From the NCBI RefSeq assembly GCF_004010195.1, contig NC_057711.1, forward strand, positions 81,717,238 through 81,781,237: DNA of 64,000 bases, read 5' to 3'. The notes beneath the pieces are model-generated. The model ran no database searches and was not told where the DNA came from. It saw nothing but the letters and a program-made list of their open reading frames with translations. The position numbers and the translations under genes are program-made. Positions 13,776 through 27,800 of the stretch are shown piece after piece. How positions within the stretch are numbered: position 1 is the stretch's first letter; the number at the start of each line of letters is the position of its first letter. The DNA is from Chiloscyllium plagiosum. Its lineage: Eukaryota.

Positions 13776-14699
13776 ACTTTACAACCATTGGCCTCAGTGT
13801 AAACAAGATAGTTCCTCCCGTTGATTTAAATGGTAGTCTTTGGAAGGAGCTAGACATTTCTAAGTAATTGTTCTCTCTTATTGTTACTTGCTTATCAGTT
13901 CTTATTGTCTACAGCCATGTGGCATATACGCAGGTATTATATCTTAGCAAACAATAATGTCTCTTACCCAATGTAAATATAGTTAACTAGTCTTTGTCTA
14001 ATATATCGTACTATCTTGCTATTATGCATTAAAATAGTTTACGTTGTTCAAGTATGTGCCTCATCTATTGAAGACTTACTACTGGTTAGTCCTTCATCAA
14101 TTAATACTAGTCAGCCCCAATAAACAAATTTTACAAGACAGGTCATAGGCAGCATATCCTCCCAATGAAGATCCTAGCAACTCAAATACCATATGCGGAC
14201 ATCTCTAATAATAGAAGTCAGTTAAAGGAATTGAAAAATCCCTGAAGAGAAAAAATTAGGTTTAGTTTTTAATTCTTAGGTGATGTGAGGGCTAAGAGGT
14301 GACTATCTGAATGGACAAGGAACAGCTTAATACAAAACCCTTATTTATAGACTCATGTCATTAATGTCATCAACCTCTGTTTAACAAAACTTTCAACAAC
14401 GTGCAGCCCTGGGGACTGGCAGTTACAGGCTGTGATGATGCAGATATTTACACAGTGTCGTGACTATGTATGTATATAAAGATTGTTATGAAGACAGTAT
14501 TTTTTTGAAATAAAAAATTTATATATTGCCTCGGTAAGGTTATTGGGGGAGAGACTGCTCAAACAATGTTTGTTTTCCTGCTATTTCTGCTGGTATGCTG
14601 CCCAATATTGGGTGAAAATAGTCTGCTATCAATTGATTTCACTGGATTGTCCATTCTAGGCTGTTATAACATTATGCATCAGTCCTCTTAATCTATTTA

Positions 14700-14955
14700 A
14701 GACAAGAGGGGAAAGATACAAAAGGGTCCCGCGGAGCAGGGTGATCAGTGTCTGGAACAGGCTCCAAGAGGTAGTGGTGGGAGCAAGTATAATTTTGTGA
14801 TTGAAGAAACATTTAGATAGATATATGGATGGAATAGTTATGGAGAAATTTGAATCAAACGCAGGCAAGTGGGGCTACCTTAATTGTGAAAACTGGGTGG
14901 CATGGGTAAGTTGGGCCAAAAGGCCTGTTTCCATGCTGTAGACCTCTATGATTCT
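14700..14955 (+). mobile_element. short CR1 3' end
   Basis: gtctggaacaggctcca...ggcctgtttccatgctgtagacctctatgattct. Confidence 0.8.
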
Positions 14956-15199
14956 AATTTACACAGCACGATGGAAGCAGCCAAAGGTAATTTTGTTTTG
15001 TATAATCTGCAATTTATATTGAAGCAGTGACTGGCAAAATTTAAGCAAACATCAACACCATGGAATAGTTTAGTATGACTTCATAAATAGCAGACTAGCT
15101 ACCAATTGTCTAGTAACTTGTGGTGATACCAAATTCATGGAATGCCACTACATTGCCACAGTTTGCACTTTATTATGGAATCCACGATTCTAATACCAT

Positions 15200-18000
15200 T
15201 GGCTGAATTTTACCATTCTTTTGGCTAAGTGTGTGCCATGGCTATATGGTGTGGAGTAATTCCTGACAAGAGGCCAAATGAGTTTTGTCACCCTATCTTT
15301 GCAAACATGCTGTATTAATTGTCATTTGAACTCTCATGGCAAAACTCACATCCTATCTTCATCATTCAGTAGGAATGCACTGCTCAGCAGAGGTCTTCTA
15401 CAAGACCAGCATCCCTTGGGGTCACGCCATCATTCGAAGCACTGAGTGCGCCTACAGAAATGCTGCCATCCAGAAGTTCTGCTGCTCTCTGTTAGGCAAC
15501 AGTAGAGATGGCAGAGAAGAAGAATATGACCAGGAGGTCCTTGTGAATGTGGTGCCAGGGAGGAGAGGAGTCTACTTCTTGGAGGACTGGCGGGGTGGGG
15601 GGGCATGCCAACATGTTATGCCAGTATGGTCAGATATTGGCATTGCATGTTGGCATGGCCTCCTCTGCCAGATCAGTGCCATCTCCAGGGTGATGAGGAC
15701 TGTCAATAGTGCAGGAAGAAGGTCAATGATCTTCTCTGCTCCACCAGGGTAAGTGTAATACTCTGCTATCTCATACTCTGTCCACCACACCCACCTCCCA
15801 CCAATGCATATGCTCTGACACCCCCTCTCTTGCATTAACAGCTTTTCTCACTTAGACTTTATACCACCTCATGTCCCACAAACTCCCATATCACTAACCC
15901 TGCACCCCCAGCACACTGCCTTTTCAGTCCTTTAGTATACCTCAACACCTATTCCCGCACATGCACCAGCAGTAATATCCACTTCTGTCTTACTCATTCA
16001 CCAGCTTTATGTCATTGCAGCAGAAGACATCCCATAACATGGCAGACCAATTTCAGACAGTCGTCGGGTACTGGAAAGACGTGTCCTCATTGTCTCAGAG
16101 GAAATTGTTCTTGCCTTGGCAGGAGAAGACTGGGTCCGCTCCTGTAGAGATCCAGGGGCATCCATTCCCCAACATCCAAGTCAGTAACCCTTGTCAATCC
16201 ACACAAAGTCACATTAACCAGATGTCAAACATCATAACCAACCATTGGCTGCAACATCATCTGCCTCTTCTGTCTCTACAGGTGGACTTATAGAGTCATA
16301 GAGATGTACAGCATGGAAGCAGACCCTTCGGTCCAACCCGTCCACGCCGACCAGATATCCCAACCTAATCTAGTCCCACCTGCCAGCACCCGGCCCATAT
16401 CCCTCCAAACCGTTCCTATTCATATACCCATCCAAATGCCTCTTAAATGTTGCAATTGTACCACATCCTCTGGCAGCTCATCCAAGCACACGTACCACCC
16501 TCTGTGATAAAAAGTTGCCCCTTAGGTCTCTTTNNNNNNNNNNNNNNNNNNNNNNNNNNNNNNNNNNNNNNNNNNNNNNNNNNNNNNNNNNNNNNNNNNN
16601 NNNNNNNNNNNNNNNNNNNNNNNNNNNNNNNNNNNNNNNNNNNNNNNNNNNNNNNNNNNNNNNNNNNNNNNNNNNNNNNNNNNNNNNNNNNNNNNNNNNN
16701 NNNNNNNNNNNNNNNNNNNNNNNNNNNNNNNNNNNNNNNNNNNNNNNNNNNNNNNNNNNNNNNNNNNNNNNNNNNNNNNNNNNNNNNNNNNNNNNNNNNN
16801 NNNNNNNNNNNNNNNNNNNNNNNNNNNNNNNNNNNNNNNNNNNNNNNNNNNNNNNNNNNNNNNNNNNNNNNNTAACCCTCTTCGCTGTCCACTACACCTC
16901 CAATTTTGGTGTCATCTGCAAACTTACTAACTATACCTCTTATGCTCGCATCGAAATCATTTATGTAAATGACAAGAAGTAGAGGACCCAGCACCAATCC
17001 TTGTGGTACTCCACTGGTCACAGGCCTCCAGTCTGAAAAACAACCTTCCACCACCACCCTCTGTCTTCTACCCTTGAGCCAGTTCTGTATCCAAATGGCT
17101 AGTTCTCCCTGTATTCCATGAGATCTAACCTTGTTAATCAGTCTCCCATGGGAAACCTTGTCAAACGCCTCACTGAAGTCCATATAGACCACATCTACAG
17201 TTCTGCCCTCATCAATCTTCTTAGTTACTTCTTCAAAAAACTCAATCAAGTTGGTGAAACATGCCTTGCAAAGTCCAGCCCATGTCCCACAGAGGAAATA
17301 TCCCCAACATCCCTTGATGATCATTCAGTCACACTGGCGGGGTCATCATCTGCCTCCCGGATCCCTCAACAGCATAGACAATGGCATCTTACCGGGCTCA
17401 GAGAGAGAGTGAGAGAGAGAGAAAAACACTCCAGGCCACTAGCAATCAGAGGACTGCAGAGACCAGGCACCTGCTGAGTACTTGACAGGAAATGCCTCTA
17501 TAGTCTTGCTGATGAAGGACTTTGTCCAAATGTACAAGGAACAGCAGCAGGGGTACTTGTCGACATTGCTGAGGAGCTCGGGTGATGCAGCAAGACCTCA
17601 GTTCTGCAGAATTGCAGCCAGTCCAGTAACCATCTCTCTGCTCCATGGAGAAGTTGGCAGTTGCCATGGAGATCGAGCCCCAGTCCAGAGACTGCTGGAA
17701 AGTCAACAACATATGCACTTCATTGCCCCATGCATTGGTCCTCAGGACTGAAGGCAGGGTGACAGTGGGACATGGAGCCTTGAGCCTGCTCCAGGTGCTG
17801 CTATTCAAAAGGAGACAGGGCAGTGCTAGGAGGTACCAGCTGAAGGTCGAGCCACCTGACACCCTTTGACAGTCTCCACTGAGGAGATCGTGAAAGTAGC
17901 TGGGCCCTACACCCCTACCATTCCTGGACCTATCTGATCTTTGGAAGCTCCAAACAAGGAGGTCCAACTTATAAAATGTGCAGGGTTACCTAACGAAACC
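15200..18000 (+). pseudogene. decayed Harbinger-type Myb/SANT-like accessory gene with intron remnants
   Basis: EVLVNVVPGRRGV...ISAISRVMRTVN..CRKKVNDLL then gtaagt donor (about 15749); ttgcag|cagaagacatcccataac acceptor (16020); interrupted by CR1; boundaries approximate. Confidence 0.6.
16290..17258 (-). mobile_element. CR1 RT/3' fragment spanning the assembly gap 16534-16872
   Basis: [30 protein letters not shown]; 3' end tagagtcatagag. Confidence 0.92.
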
Positions 18001-18005
18001 TCCAG

Positions 18006-18315
18006 AGCCATCATGCTCCACTACAGAGGAGACTCCCTCCACTCCATCTGCAAAGTAGAGGAGCTCAGTGTGTCACAGTGGGAGGGAGAGGAGGAGAAAA
18101 TTGTACAAATGTCACACATGGTTGAAAGCTGGAAAAGGAGAAAGTGAGGTCTGCAGATGCTGGAGATCAGAGCTGAAAATGTGCAGCCATCATGCTCCAC
18201 TACAGAGGAGACTCCCTCCACTCCATCTGCAAAGTAGAGGAGCTCAGTGTGTCACAGTGAGAGGGAGAGGAGGAGAAAATTGTACAAATGTCACACATGG
18301 TTGAAAGCTGGAAAA
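18006..18315. repeat. 131-bp direct duplication flanking a 47-bp family A terminus
   Basis: 18006-18136 equals 18185-18315 with one mismatch; spacer ggagaaagtgaggtctgcagatgctggagatcagagctgaaaatgtg. Confidence 0.92.
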
Positions 18316-20369
18316 CTTTTACATAGTTTGTTGATTGTTATATCTGGTTTAAATACTTAGTTTACCATATGATGTAATGTGCACAGTTTATTGAGAAAAC
18401 AATTTTATGTCTAAAGTTTCTTTCAATGATAACATTACGTAAATAGTTGAAACATTTCATAAAACATCACATTGCACCATTCATTTAGTTGTCCCTATCT
18501 ACATGGGACAAATGATACATTACTCCTGGACAGTAATAAGGTGCAATGATTACAGGTGGACAAGTGCCAAATGTGAAGCCATGCATGTACATGGCATTGG
18601 CTCACTTCTCATCACCTTGAGCCACCTGATCTGCCAACACTGACTCACACCTGCCCAGAAACCTGGCTTATGGAAAGACATGTCTTCTACTATGACAGTC
18701 CTCCCATGGACCAGCCCTTATGGCAAAAAAAGGATTGACCATGAATCACTCTTTGTAGCTCAGAGGCATGGATCAGATCTCTCCCCTCCCCAATCCCCCA
18801 ACCAGCCCCCACACAATGCCACGCTAGCTCACCTGAACATGGGGCAAAGCCCAGGACTGGGATGTGAGGTTGTCTTTGGTTACCGTGCTGAAACCTACTG
18901 TCTGACAGTTGCCCCCATGGACTTCACTGTGGACTATTCCCCTAGGACTCTCAGATATGCCCCACAGCTTGCTGCAGTGCTAGATGTTTGGAGGAAACAC
19001 TTTGGCCATATGGTGTAGGTGCTAGAGGAGCACTGGGACATCGTGATGTACAACAAGATGTGCATGGCCAGCTTGCAGACTGTGCTAACTGCCAAAAGAA
19101 AGCAAGCATGACAAGGCAACTGGAATGGGAATATGAGGTGTCATAGAGAGGATATGGAGTCTGACTGTGGGGCATAAGAAAACATAATTTGAATTGTAGG
19201 CCTTAAATTGGTCTGAACCTACTAAGGAGGCATGCATGTTACTGACAGGCATGGATTAGGATGGAGGGGGCATGTGGCATGCTGGGAGGGTGAGGAATTT
19301 GAGTAGAAAGGACCAAAAAGCCTAACAGGTTCTAAAACAAATGTGATTGTGAGGCAGAGAACTGAAACAGGTCTTCTAATAAGCCCACCTCCATATCTGC
19401 CACTTTCGTGGCTACCTGCAATCTGCGTCCAATGCCCACAGCCCTGACTCTTTTCCACCCCATATCACCTGGAGCACGAGTTGAGTGTAACAAGGCCCTT
19501 TAAACTGAGTACATCACTTTTGAATCAGAGATTGAAGTAAATGTTGCTGAGAGATGCTCTGCAACATATCTCCTGTGAAGAACAAATGAGTAGTTGTCAT
19601 GACGACACTGAAGTTTCTGTTTCAAATTCAAAAGCACTGCAAACGAGAAATGGAAACAGAAATAGACAGAAAGCTCCGGTTCGTTAGTTGATCATATTTT
19701 AATTAGCAGGCTCCTCCGAGATTGACCAAGAACTGAACAAATGCGATGATGTTGAAAAGAGTGCTCCCTCATTAAATGTGGCAGTAGAAATACTATCATG
19801 TAGCTATGAGTGATCTGAAGTACACCCATTTTTTAAAAGATGTTTTCTGGTTTTTAAAATATTCTATTTTAAAATAATCTACTGATTAATGATACACCTC
19901 ACCCACCTTGCCACCCACAACCCTGGAAATTGCTTCTAAACAATGGCTGGGTGCTAAACCAGTGTCATGTTTAAATCATGAGTCATCAATGAGCTGCAAA
20001 ATTGAGAGCTGAAGCCAGGCTTTGATTTTGATGTTTCTTGTACTCATTATACTCATTCAATGTCCTTTTACAAAAATAACCCTCTGTGCTTCTCTTTAAG
20101 CTTCAAAGAATTGGCAATAACATGTTCCATCTTGGTACTCAATATATGAGAAAAAAATTAAGCTTGTAATTGTCCACTTCTAACTACACTGAGATACTCA
20201 AAAATACACAATTGGTATTTTTGGCCTAGATCTACCATAGTAATTGGTAATCACATTTAAATTGCTGTACCACTTGTATGTTTCTGTGCTTTGCTGCTCT
20301 GCATTTCTGTTTAAATTATGTTAATCCAGAGATAGATATTACTCAGTGGATAACTCACCTATCTCCTTT

Positions 20370-20670
20370 GACAAAGTTAAAAAAAATCACACAACACCAG
20401 GTTATAGTCCAACAGGTTTATTTGGAAGCACTAGCTTTCGGAGCACTGCTCCTTCATGAGGCAACTGTGGAGCAGGACTATAGGGCATAGAATTTATAGC
20501 AAAAGGTCTCAGTGTCATGCAACTGAAATGATATGTTGAACAAATCTAGATTGCTGTTAAGTCTTTCATCTTTTAGAATGAGTTGCAGGTTCTGGTTCAT
20601 TAATATGTAAATAACTTACTTTAAGTCACATTCCCAAGATAACTTAAGGTTTTATAAAAAAGGTGACATA
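20370..20670 (-). mobile_element. family B PLE 3' region
   Basis: aaatcacacaacaccaggttatagtccaacagg...; ribozyme core mutated to CUCAUGA; body shared with 4915-5115. Confidence 0.7.
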
Positions 20671-21418
20671 AGAGCAAAACACAAAGTTTTAAAAAACTGA
20701 CTGTAGTCTTGATCTGTTTGTGTTAGTGGAAAAAAAAGGTGGGCTAATGGAAAAAGACATACTAGTGAAATGAGTACTAACCTGGATTTGAGTGTTGGTG
20801 CACTGTGAAGGTCACAATTAAAGAACCATTTACTGGTCACCCCTACATTGCAGGTAAAAGGATTCTTTGGCTCTCAGTGCAAGACACAAGCTAGCCAAGA
20901 AGTCAGTCAAAAGGAAATAGGAAAATAGATTGACCATTTTACCAACCAACATCAAAAGAACAACAAAGGATCTTAACTAAATCAAACACCCTGAAATCAG
21001 CTAGGATGGTGGGTGTGGGATCCAGAACAGTAGGTCAACACATGGAATGATTGAGTAGAAGGTAGAGGTTAAATCAAGTGAGTCTGACAGGAAAAGCAGG
21101 CTGGATCAGATTAATGAACACAGCAGTAGGTGGTGGTTAGCATGAACTCAACCTGGATTAGTACATGGGAATACAATGCTGTAGTCATGACAGAAACTTG
21201 GTTGAGAGAAGACAGGTCAGGCAGTTCAGTTCTAGCGTTTGGATATTTCAGGCAAGATAGAGAGGGACGCAAAAAGGGGTGGGAGATTGCATTACTAATT
21301 AAGAAGAATGTCATAGCTACACTAAGAGGGGACATCATGGTAGGCTCATCCAGTGAGATTGTATGGAAAGAACTCAAGAATAAGGAAGTTGCAAATCACT
21401 TGGGGTTATACTACAGGC

Positions 21419-21649
21419 CTGAAAATGTGTTGCTGGAAAAGCGCAGCAGGTCAGGCAACATCCAAGGAGCAGGAAAATTGACGTTTCGGGCATGAGCCCT
21501 TCTTCAGGAAATGAAGAAGGGCTCCTGAAGAAGGGCTCATGCCTGAAACGTCGATTCTCCTGTTCCTTGGATGCTGCCTGACCTGCTGCGCTTTTCCAGC
21601 AACACATTTTCAGCTCTGATCTCCAGCATCTGCAGACCTCACTTTTTCC
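21419..21649. mobile_element. fold-back PLE-derived element, family A
   Basis: inverted arms with an extra partial ribozyme copy (tgaagaagggctc) at the centre; lies between two non-contiguous CR1 pieces. Confidence 0.85.
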
Positions 21650-22147
21650 CTGAGTTATGAGGAGAGGCTGTATAGATTGTGGCTTTTTTTTTGCTGCAGC
21701 GTAGGATGCTGACAGATGACCTTATAGAGGTTTATAGATTAATGAAGGGCATAGATAAGGTGACTAGCCAAGGCTTTTACCTAAAGGTTGGGAGTCCAAA
21801 ACTAGACGGCATAGGTTTAAGGTGACAGGGGCAAGATTAAAAAGGGACCTGAGAAGCAACTTTTTCACACAGAGGATGATGCAATTATGGAACAAGCTGC
21901 CAGAGGAAATGGTAGAGCCAGGTACAATTACAACATTTAAAAGACACTTGGACAGGTACATGGATAAGAAAGATTTAGAGGAATATGGGCCAAATTCAGG
22001 CAAATGGGACTAGTTCAGTGTAGGAAACCTGTTTGGCATGGATGAATGAGCCAAAGGGCCTGTTTTTGTGTTGTAAGACACTATGACTATGACTCTAAGG
22101 AAGAGGTGTTGAATGTCTTAAAAAAACATTAAGGTATGCAGGTACCT

Positions 22148-22344
22148 AGAGTCGAGAGTGTGATGCTGGAATAGCACAGCAAGCCAGGCAGCATCCGAGG
22201 AGCAGGAGAATCGATGTTATGGGCTAAGCCCTTCATCAGGAATCGGATGCTCGAAACATTGATTCGCTGCTCCTCGCATGCTGCCTGACCTGCTGTGCAC
22301 ACTCTCGACTCTGATCTCCAGCATCTGCAGTCCTCACTTTCTCC
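22148..22344. mobile_element. fold-back PLE-derived element, family A (older subfamily)
   Basis: inverted arms; degenerate TSD tatgcaggtacct (22135-22147) / tatacaagtacct (22345-22357). Confidence 0.8.
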
Positions 22345-24884
22345 TATACAAGTACCTTGAGCCTGATTTGATCTATCCTAGGATACTGAGGGAGACAAGG
22401 GAGGAGATTGCCAAGGCCTTGATAGGAAAGATCCCAGAAGACTGGAGAATAGCCAACATTGTTCCTTTGTTTAAAAAGGGCAATAGGGATAGTCTAGGAA
22501 ATTATAGGCTTGAGAGGCTTATATCAGTGGTAGGGAAATTATCAGATAAAGTTTTTTGCAACTGGATTTACTTGCATTTGGAAAAGATTTATTAGGAGTG
22601 GTCAGCATGGCTTTATGTGGGGGAGGTCTTGATTGAACTTTTTGAGAAAGTGACAAAGATGAGGGTTGGGCAGTGGATACAGTCTACATAGACTTTAGTA
22701 AAGCATTTGACAAGGTCCCCCATGGTAGGTTGGTCCAGAAGATTTTAATATGGGATCCAAAATAAATTGGATACAAAATTAGCTTGGTCATACATGACAG
22801 AGGGTAATTGTGGAGAGATGTTTTTCTGACTGAAGGTCTGTCATCAGTGATGTTCTTCAAGATCCATGCCAGGATCTCTGTTATTCAAGACAATTTTGAT
22901 GCAAATGTAAGAGGTCTGATTTGGAAGTTTGCAGATGACAAGAAAATTGCTGGAGTTGTGGATAGTGAGGAAGTATTATCAATGGAAATAGATCAATTGG
23001 AAAGTTGGGCAGAGAAACAGCGGACAGTGTTTAATCCAGACAAGTGTGATGCATTTTGAGAAGTCAAATGCAAGCAGAAAGTATACAGTAAATGGCAAAC
23101 CCTTAGGAGCACTGGTCTTCAAAGGGATCTTGGGGTGCAAGTCTATAACTCCCTGAAAGTAGCAACAGAAGTGGATGAGGGGTTTAAAAAAAAAAGGTTT
23201 TCGGCATGCTGCCTTCATCAGTTAGGGTATTGAGTATAAACATTGCCAATCATGTTGTAGCTTTATAGAAGTTTAGTTAGGCCACATTTGGAGTAATGTG
23301 TGCAGTTCTGGCTGCCACACTATAGGAAGGATGTGGAGGCTTTGCAGAAGGTACAAAAGAGGTTTACCTGGATGTTGCTACTTTGGAGCATATCAGCTAT
23401 TGGACAAATTTCAATTGTATTTTTTTAAATAATGGAGACCGCGGGATGACCTAATAGACATATCTTAAAATTATGAGTGGCACGGATAGAGTGTATAGTT
23501 GGAGTCCTTTTCCCAGCACAGAAATGTCAAATATTAGGGTGAGAGGGGAAGAATTTAAAGGAGATGTGAGAGACAAGCTTTTTACCTAGACAGTGGTAAA
23601 TGCCTGGAATGCTCTATCAGGGAAGGTGGTAGAAGCAGATACAATAGCAATGTTTGAGAGGCATTTAGACAGACACATGACCAGACAAGAAGTAGAGGGA
23701 TATGGACCATGTGCAAGGAGATGGGATTAGTTTAGAAAGGCATTATGGTCAACACAGATATCATGGGCTAAAGGGCCCTGTTCTTGTTATGTGTATCGTA
23801 GAATCCTTACAGTGTAGAATGTACTATTTTCTATTAAGCTATCAATGTTCTACTATTTATTTTTCAAGTATCACCCAGAGAAACTGATCCATATATCTTT
23901 AATGTTTTACTTTCTGGATTCACTTCTTATTCCTAATCTATGCGTTGTGTTACTATTTCATTTTGCATTTAGTAATGAATGAATTCAGATTTCTGTTCAG
24001 TCAAAAAAGCCTTGTCAAATTGGCTCCTTTGGAAACAAAATTCATTTGGTCTGGGAGATAGACTTCTTCAAAGAAGAGATGCTTTTTTAAAAAAAACTTA
24101 TTGCAACCAATTGTGGTGGAATATGGGTGGGGTGCATTGAAAAAAATGGAAGCCCATTCATTAATTTGGGGTATCTAAAATTGAATAACTTGGGGACCCC
24201 ATCTGGGATTTGAAAACAACATCCATGTCTGTCCTCCATGTCAGGCACCAGCTAGCAGGCCAATGGATAATGATTGTGTGTGGTCACCATTCAATTAGCA
24301 GTGATGAAGGAGGTGTGTTGCAGGTTGAGAGCAGTGAAGCAGACATTATTATGGTAGCTGGTTTCGAGATAAATGGTTGAAGCAGGAAAGCAGAAGACAA
24401 AGACTCATTATTCTAGGATGTTCTTTCAATTTAGTAGCATCTTCCTGGAAGTCCTTCAGGACTATCATTGCATTCAGACAGAATGGCAGGAGAAGGCAAG
24501 TCAGACAAAACAATGAAGCTTGATTTGAAGTGGTAGTGGAGTGATACATTATGGTGAATTGGTACATTATGATGAGGAAAAGCTGAAGTATACTCTTCTT
24601 GGGGATGAGCAGGAGCTCCCTAAAATCAGCCCGAGGGAAGAACAAAGACCGGCACTGAGACAGCAAAGACTACCAAAGACCACTACAAAATGGTGTAGGA
24701 GCACAAGGACTTGTGCACTGCCTCTGCTCCTTAATTCTATAGAACAGCTCCTGGATCAGTTAAGTATTCTTGCTTCTGTCACAGATTATACATTTCCTTT
24801 CTTTGCCTAATTGACTAATATACCATATCTGTATGACTTCTCTAATATCAGAAAATTGCAATAAGTCATTGGCTGAGAATTCTG

Positions 24885-27800
24885 GGTAATTCAAGATGGA
24901 GGGCAGGAAAAATTTCTGGCTGTAACAGGCTGCTCCTTTTTTGATGTATTTTAGATGTTGGAATAGATTTCCTTGAATTCCAGGAGCAGCAATGACTGTT
25001 TTATATGCTGTTGCATTGTTTTGGAACTTTGGGAAAACAATAGTCAAAACAACAGCAGTTTTAAACGGAAGAGGAACAGACAAAGGCAGCACATGGTGAG
25101 GTCAGTGGAGGAGAGAGAGAGAGAGAGAAACCCACACTGCTAACTGACACAGCAGTGAACCAGCGCAGTTACTGCCTTTGCTGTTTGAATTCATGTATCG
25201 CTGGACATCGGAGTGCATCTGGGAAAACTAACAAACGGTGAAAGTCACAACTGATCTTGCAGGAACCTGTTTGGGAGAGGTCACTGCACAGAAACAGATA
25301 AGTGAATATTTCTAAGTCTGGCCATACAGTAAATCTGCAGTAGTGAGTACAGTGGGTTGTTTCTTGAGATATGTCTCTTCAATAAATTTAAAAATATAAG
25401 CCATAAGTATTAAGTTAGCCTGGAGCAGTGTTTTATAGGGGAATAAGAATTCTGGGTGTGTAGAATGAAAGAAGAAAAAGCTTTAGTAGAGTGATATGCT
25501 CTTCTTGTTGAATGTGGGAATTTAGGGAGAGTTTACGTGTTACTGAGGATTTTATCTGCAATAAATGCCATTGGTTGCAAATCCTATCAGACTGAATGAA
25601 TCAGTTGGAGAGACAGTTAGAGGCAATGAGGAAATTACAAGAGCAAGGGGATGTGATGGATGGCAGTTATAAGAAGTGAGAAAAGTTGCAGACACAGTCA
25701 CATAGATGGGTTAACTCCAGGAAAGGTTAGAGAGGTAGGCAGGTAATGCAGGATCTTCTGTGGCTATCCCCATTTCAAATAAGTGTGCTGTTTTGGAAAA
25801 TGTAGGGAGTGATGGATTCTCAGGGGAAAGGAGCACGAACAGCCAAATTTTTGGTATCAGGACTGGCTCCAATGCAATGAGGGGTACATCGGGTTCCTAG
25901 AGATCAATTATGTTAGGTAACTCTCTAGTCTGAGGCACAGACGTTTCTGTGGCCAGCAGTAAAAAAATCAGAATGGTGTCTCGCCTCCCTGGTGCCAGGA
26001 TCGAGGATGTCTCAGAAAGGGTGCAGAATGTTCCCAAGGGGAGAGAGACCAGCTCTAGTCTGAGGCACAGACGTTTCTGTGGCCAGCAGTAAAAAAATCA
26101 GAATGGTGTCTCGCCTCCCTGGTGCCAGGATCGAGGATGTCTCCTGCAGACCTCACTTTCTCCCCAAGGGGAGAGAGACCAGTAGGAGGACATTGTACAT
26201 ATTGGAACTAATGACATAGGAAGGGAAAAGGTCGAGATTTTGAAGGGAGAATATAGAGAGTTAGGCAGGAATTTAAAAAGGAGATACTCGAGAGTAGTAA
26301 CTCCCGGTGCTGTGTGCTTGTGAGGATAGGAATAGGAGGTTAGAGCAGATGAATGCATGGTCGAGGAGCACGTCTATGGGAGAAGGATTCACATTTTTGG
26401 ATCATTCTGGGGTAGAAGTGACCTGTACAAGAAGGACAGATTTCCCCTGAATTGGAAGAGGACTAATATACTGGCAGGGAGATTTGCTAGAGCAGCTCGG
26501 GAGGATTTAAACTAATGAAGTGGCGGGGGGGTTGTGTCTGTGTGTGTGACAGTGTCACCCAGGGAGATAGTGAGGAAAGATATCAACCTGAGACTGGTAT
26601 AGTTGAGAAAAGAAGCGAGTCAAACTGTCAAGGCAGGTAGGGACAAAGCAGAGAACACAGTAGGACTGATAAATTAAACTGCAAGAGGCCTAACAGGGAA
26701 GGCAGATGAACTCAGGGCATGGTTAGGAACATGGGACTGGGATATCATTGCATCTACACAAACGTGGCTCAGGGATGGACAGGACTGGCAGATTAATGTT
26801 CCAGGATACAAATGCTACAGGAAGGACAGGAATTTGTTCAGTGTGTATAAGAAACTTTTCTGATTCAATATGTGAATGTAACTACTAGAGAAGGTGCAAA
26901 ACCTGACCTACTCTTGGGAAATAAGGCGGGTCAGGTGACTGAGGTATCAGTGGGGGAGCACTTTGAGGCCAGCGACCATAATTCTATTAGATTTAAAATC
27001 GTGATGGAAAAGAATAGACCAGATCTAAAAGTTGAAGTTCTATATTGGAGGAAGGCTAATTTTGACAGTATTAGGCAAGAGCTTTCAAAAGCTGATTGGG
27101 GGCTGATGTTCACAGGTAAAGGGACAGCTGAAAAATGGGAAGCCTTCAGAAATGAGATAACAAGAGTCCAGAGACAGTATATTTCTGTTAGGGTTAAAGG
27201 AAAGGCTGGTAGGTGTAGAGAATGCTGGATGACTAAAGAAATAGAGCGTTTGGTTCAGAAAAAGAAGTATGTATATGTCAGGTATAGATAAGATAGATCG
27301 AATGAATCCTTTGAAGAGTATAAAGGCAGTAAGAGTATACTTAAGAGGGAAATCAGGAGGGCAAAAAGGGGACTATGAGATAGCTTTGGCAAATAGAGTT
27401 AAAGAGAATCCAAAGGGATTTTACAAATACATTAAGGACAAAAGGGTAACTCAGGAAACAGGGTAACAGGGATCCTCAAAGATCAGCAAGGCAGCCTTTG
27501 TGTGGAACCACAGGAGATGGAAGAGATACTAAACGAGTATTTTGCATCAGTATTTGTGGAAAAGGACACGGAAGGTGTAGAATGTGGGGAAATAGATGGT
27601 GACATCTGGAAAAATCTGGATGTCTTGAAACATATAAAAGTAGATAAATCACCAGGACCTGATCAGGTGTACCCTAGAATTCTGTGGGAAGCTAGGCAAA
27701 TGATTGCTGGGCCTCTTACTGAGATATTTGTATGATCGATAGTTACAGGTGAGGTGCCGGAAGACTGGAGGTTGGCTAACATAGTGCCACTGTTTAAGAA

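Larger units (their letters stand above)
21000..23790 (+). mobile_element. composite CR1 region (EN piece to 21418, separate 3' end 21650-22096, RT/3' piece 22097-23790)
   Basis: MTETWLRE; RVERVQ-type and 3' UTR motifs; IPEDWRIANIVPLFKKG; KFADDKK. Confidence 0.85.

Noticed and set aside
16443..17324. Long ORFs containing X runs
   Set aside because: They span the N gap at 16534-16872; the only real coding signal is CR1 RT.
18600..19500. Minus-strand Harbinger transposase paired with the Myb-like remnant
   Set aside because: The position is suggestive, but I could not read convincing DDE motifs.
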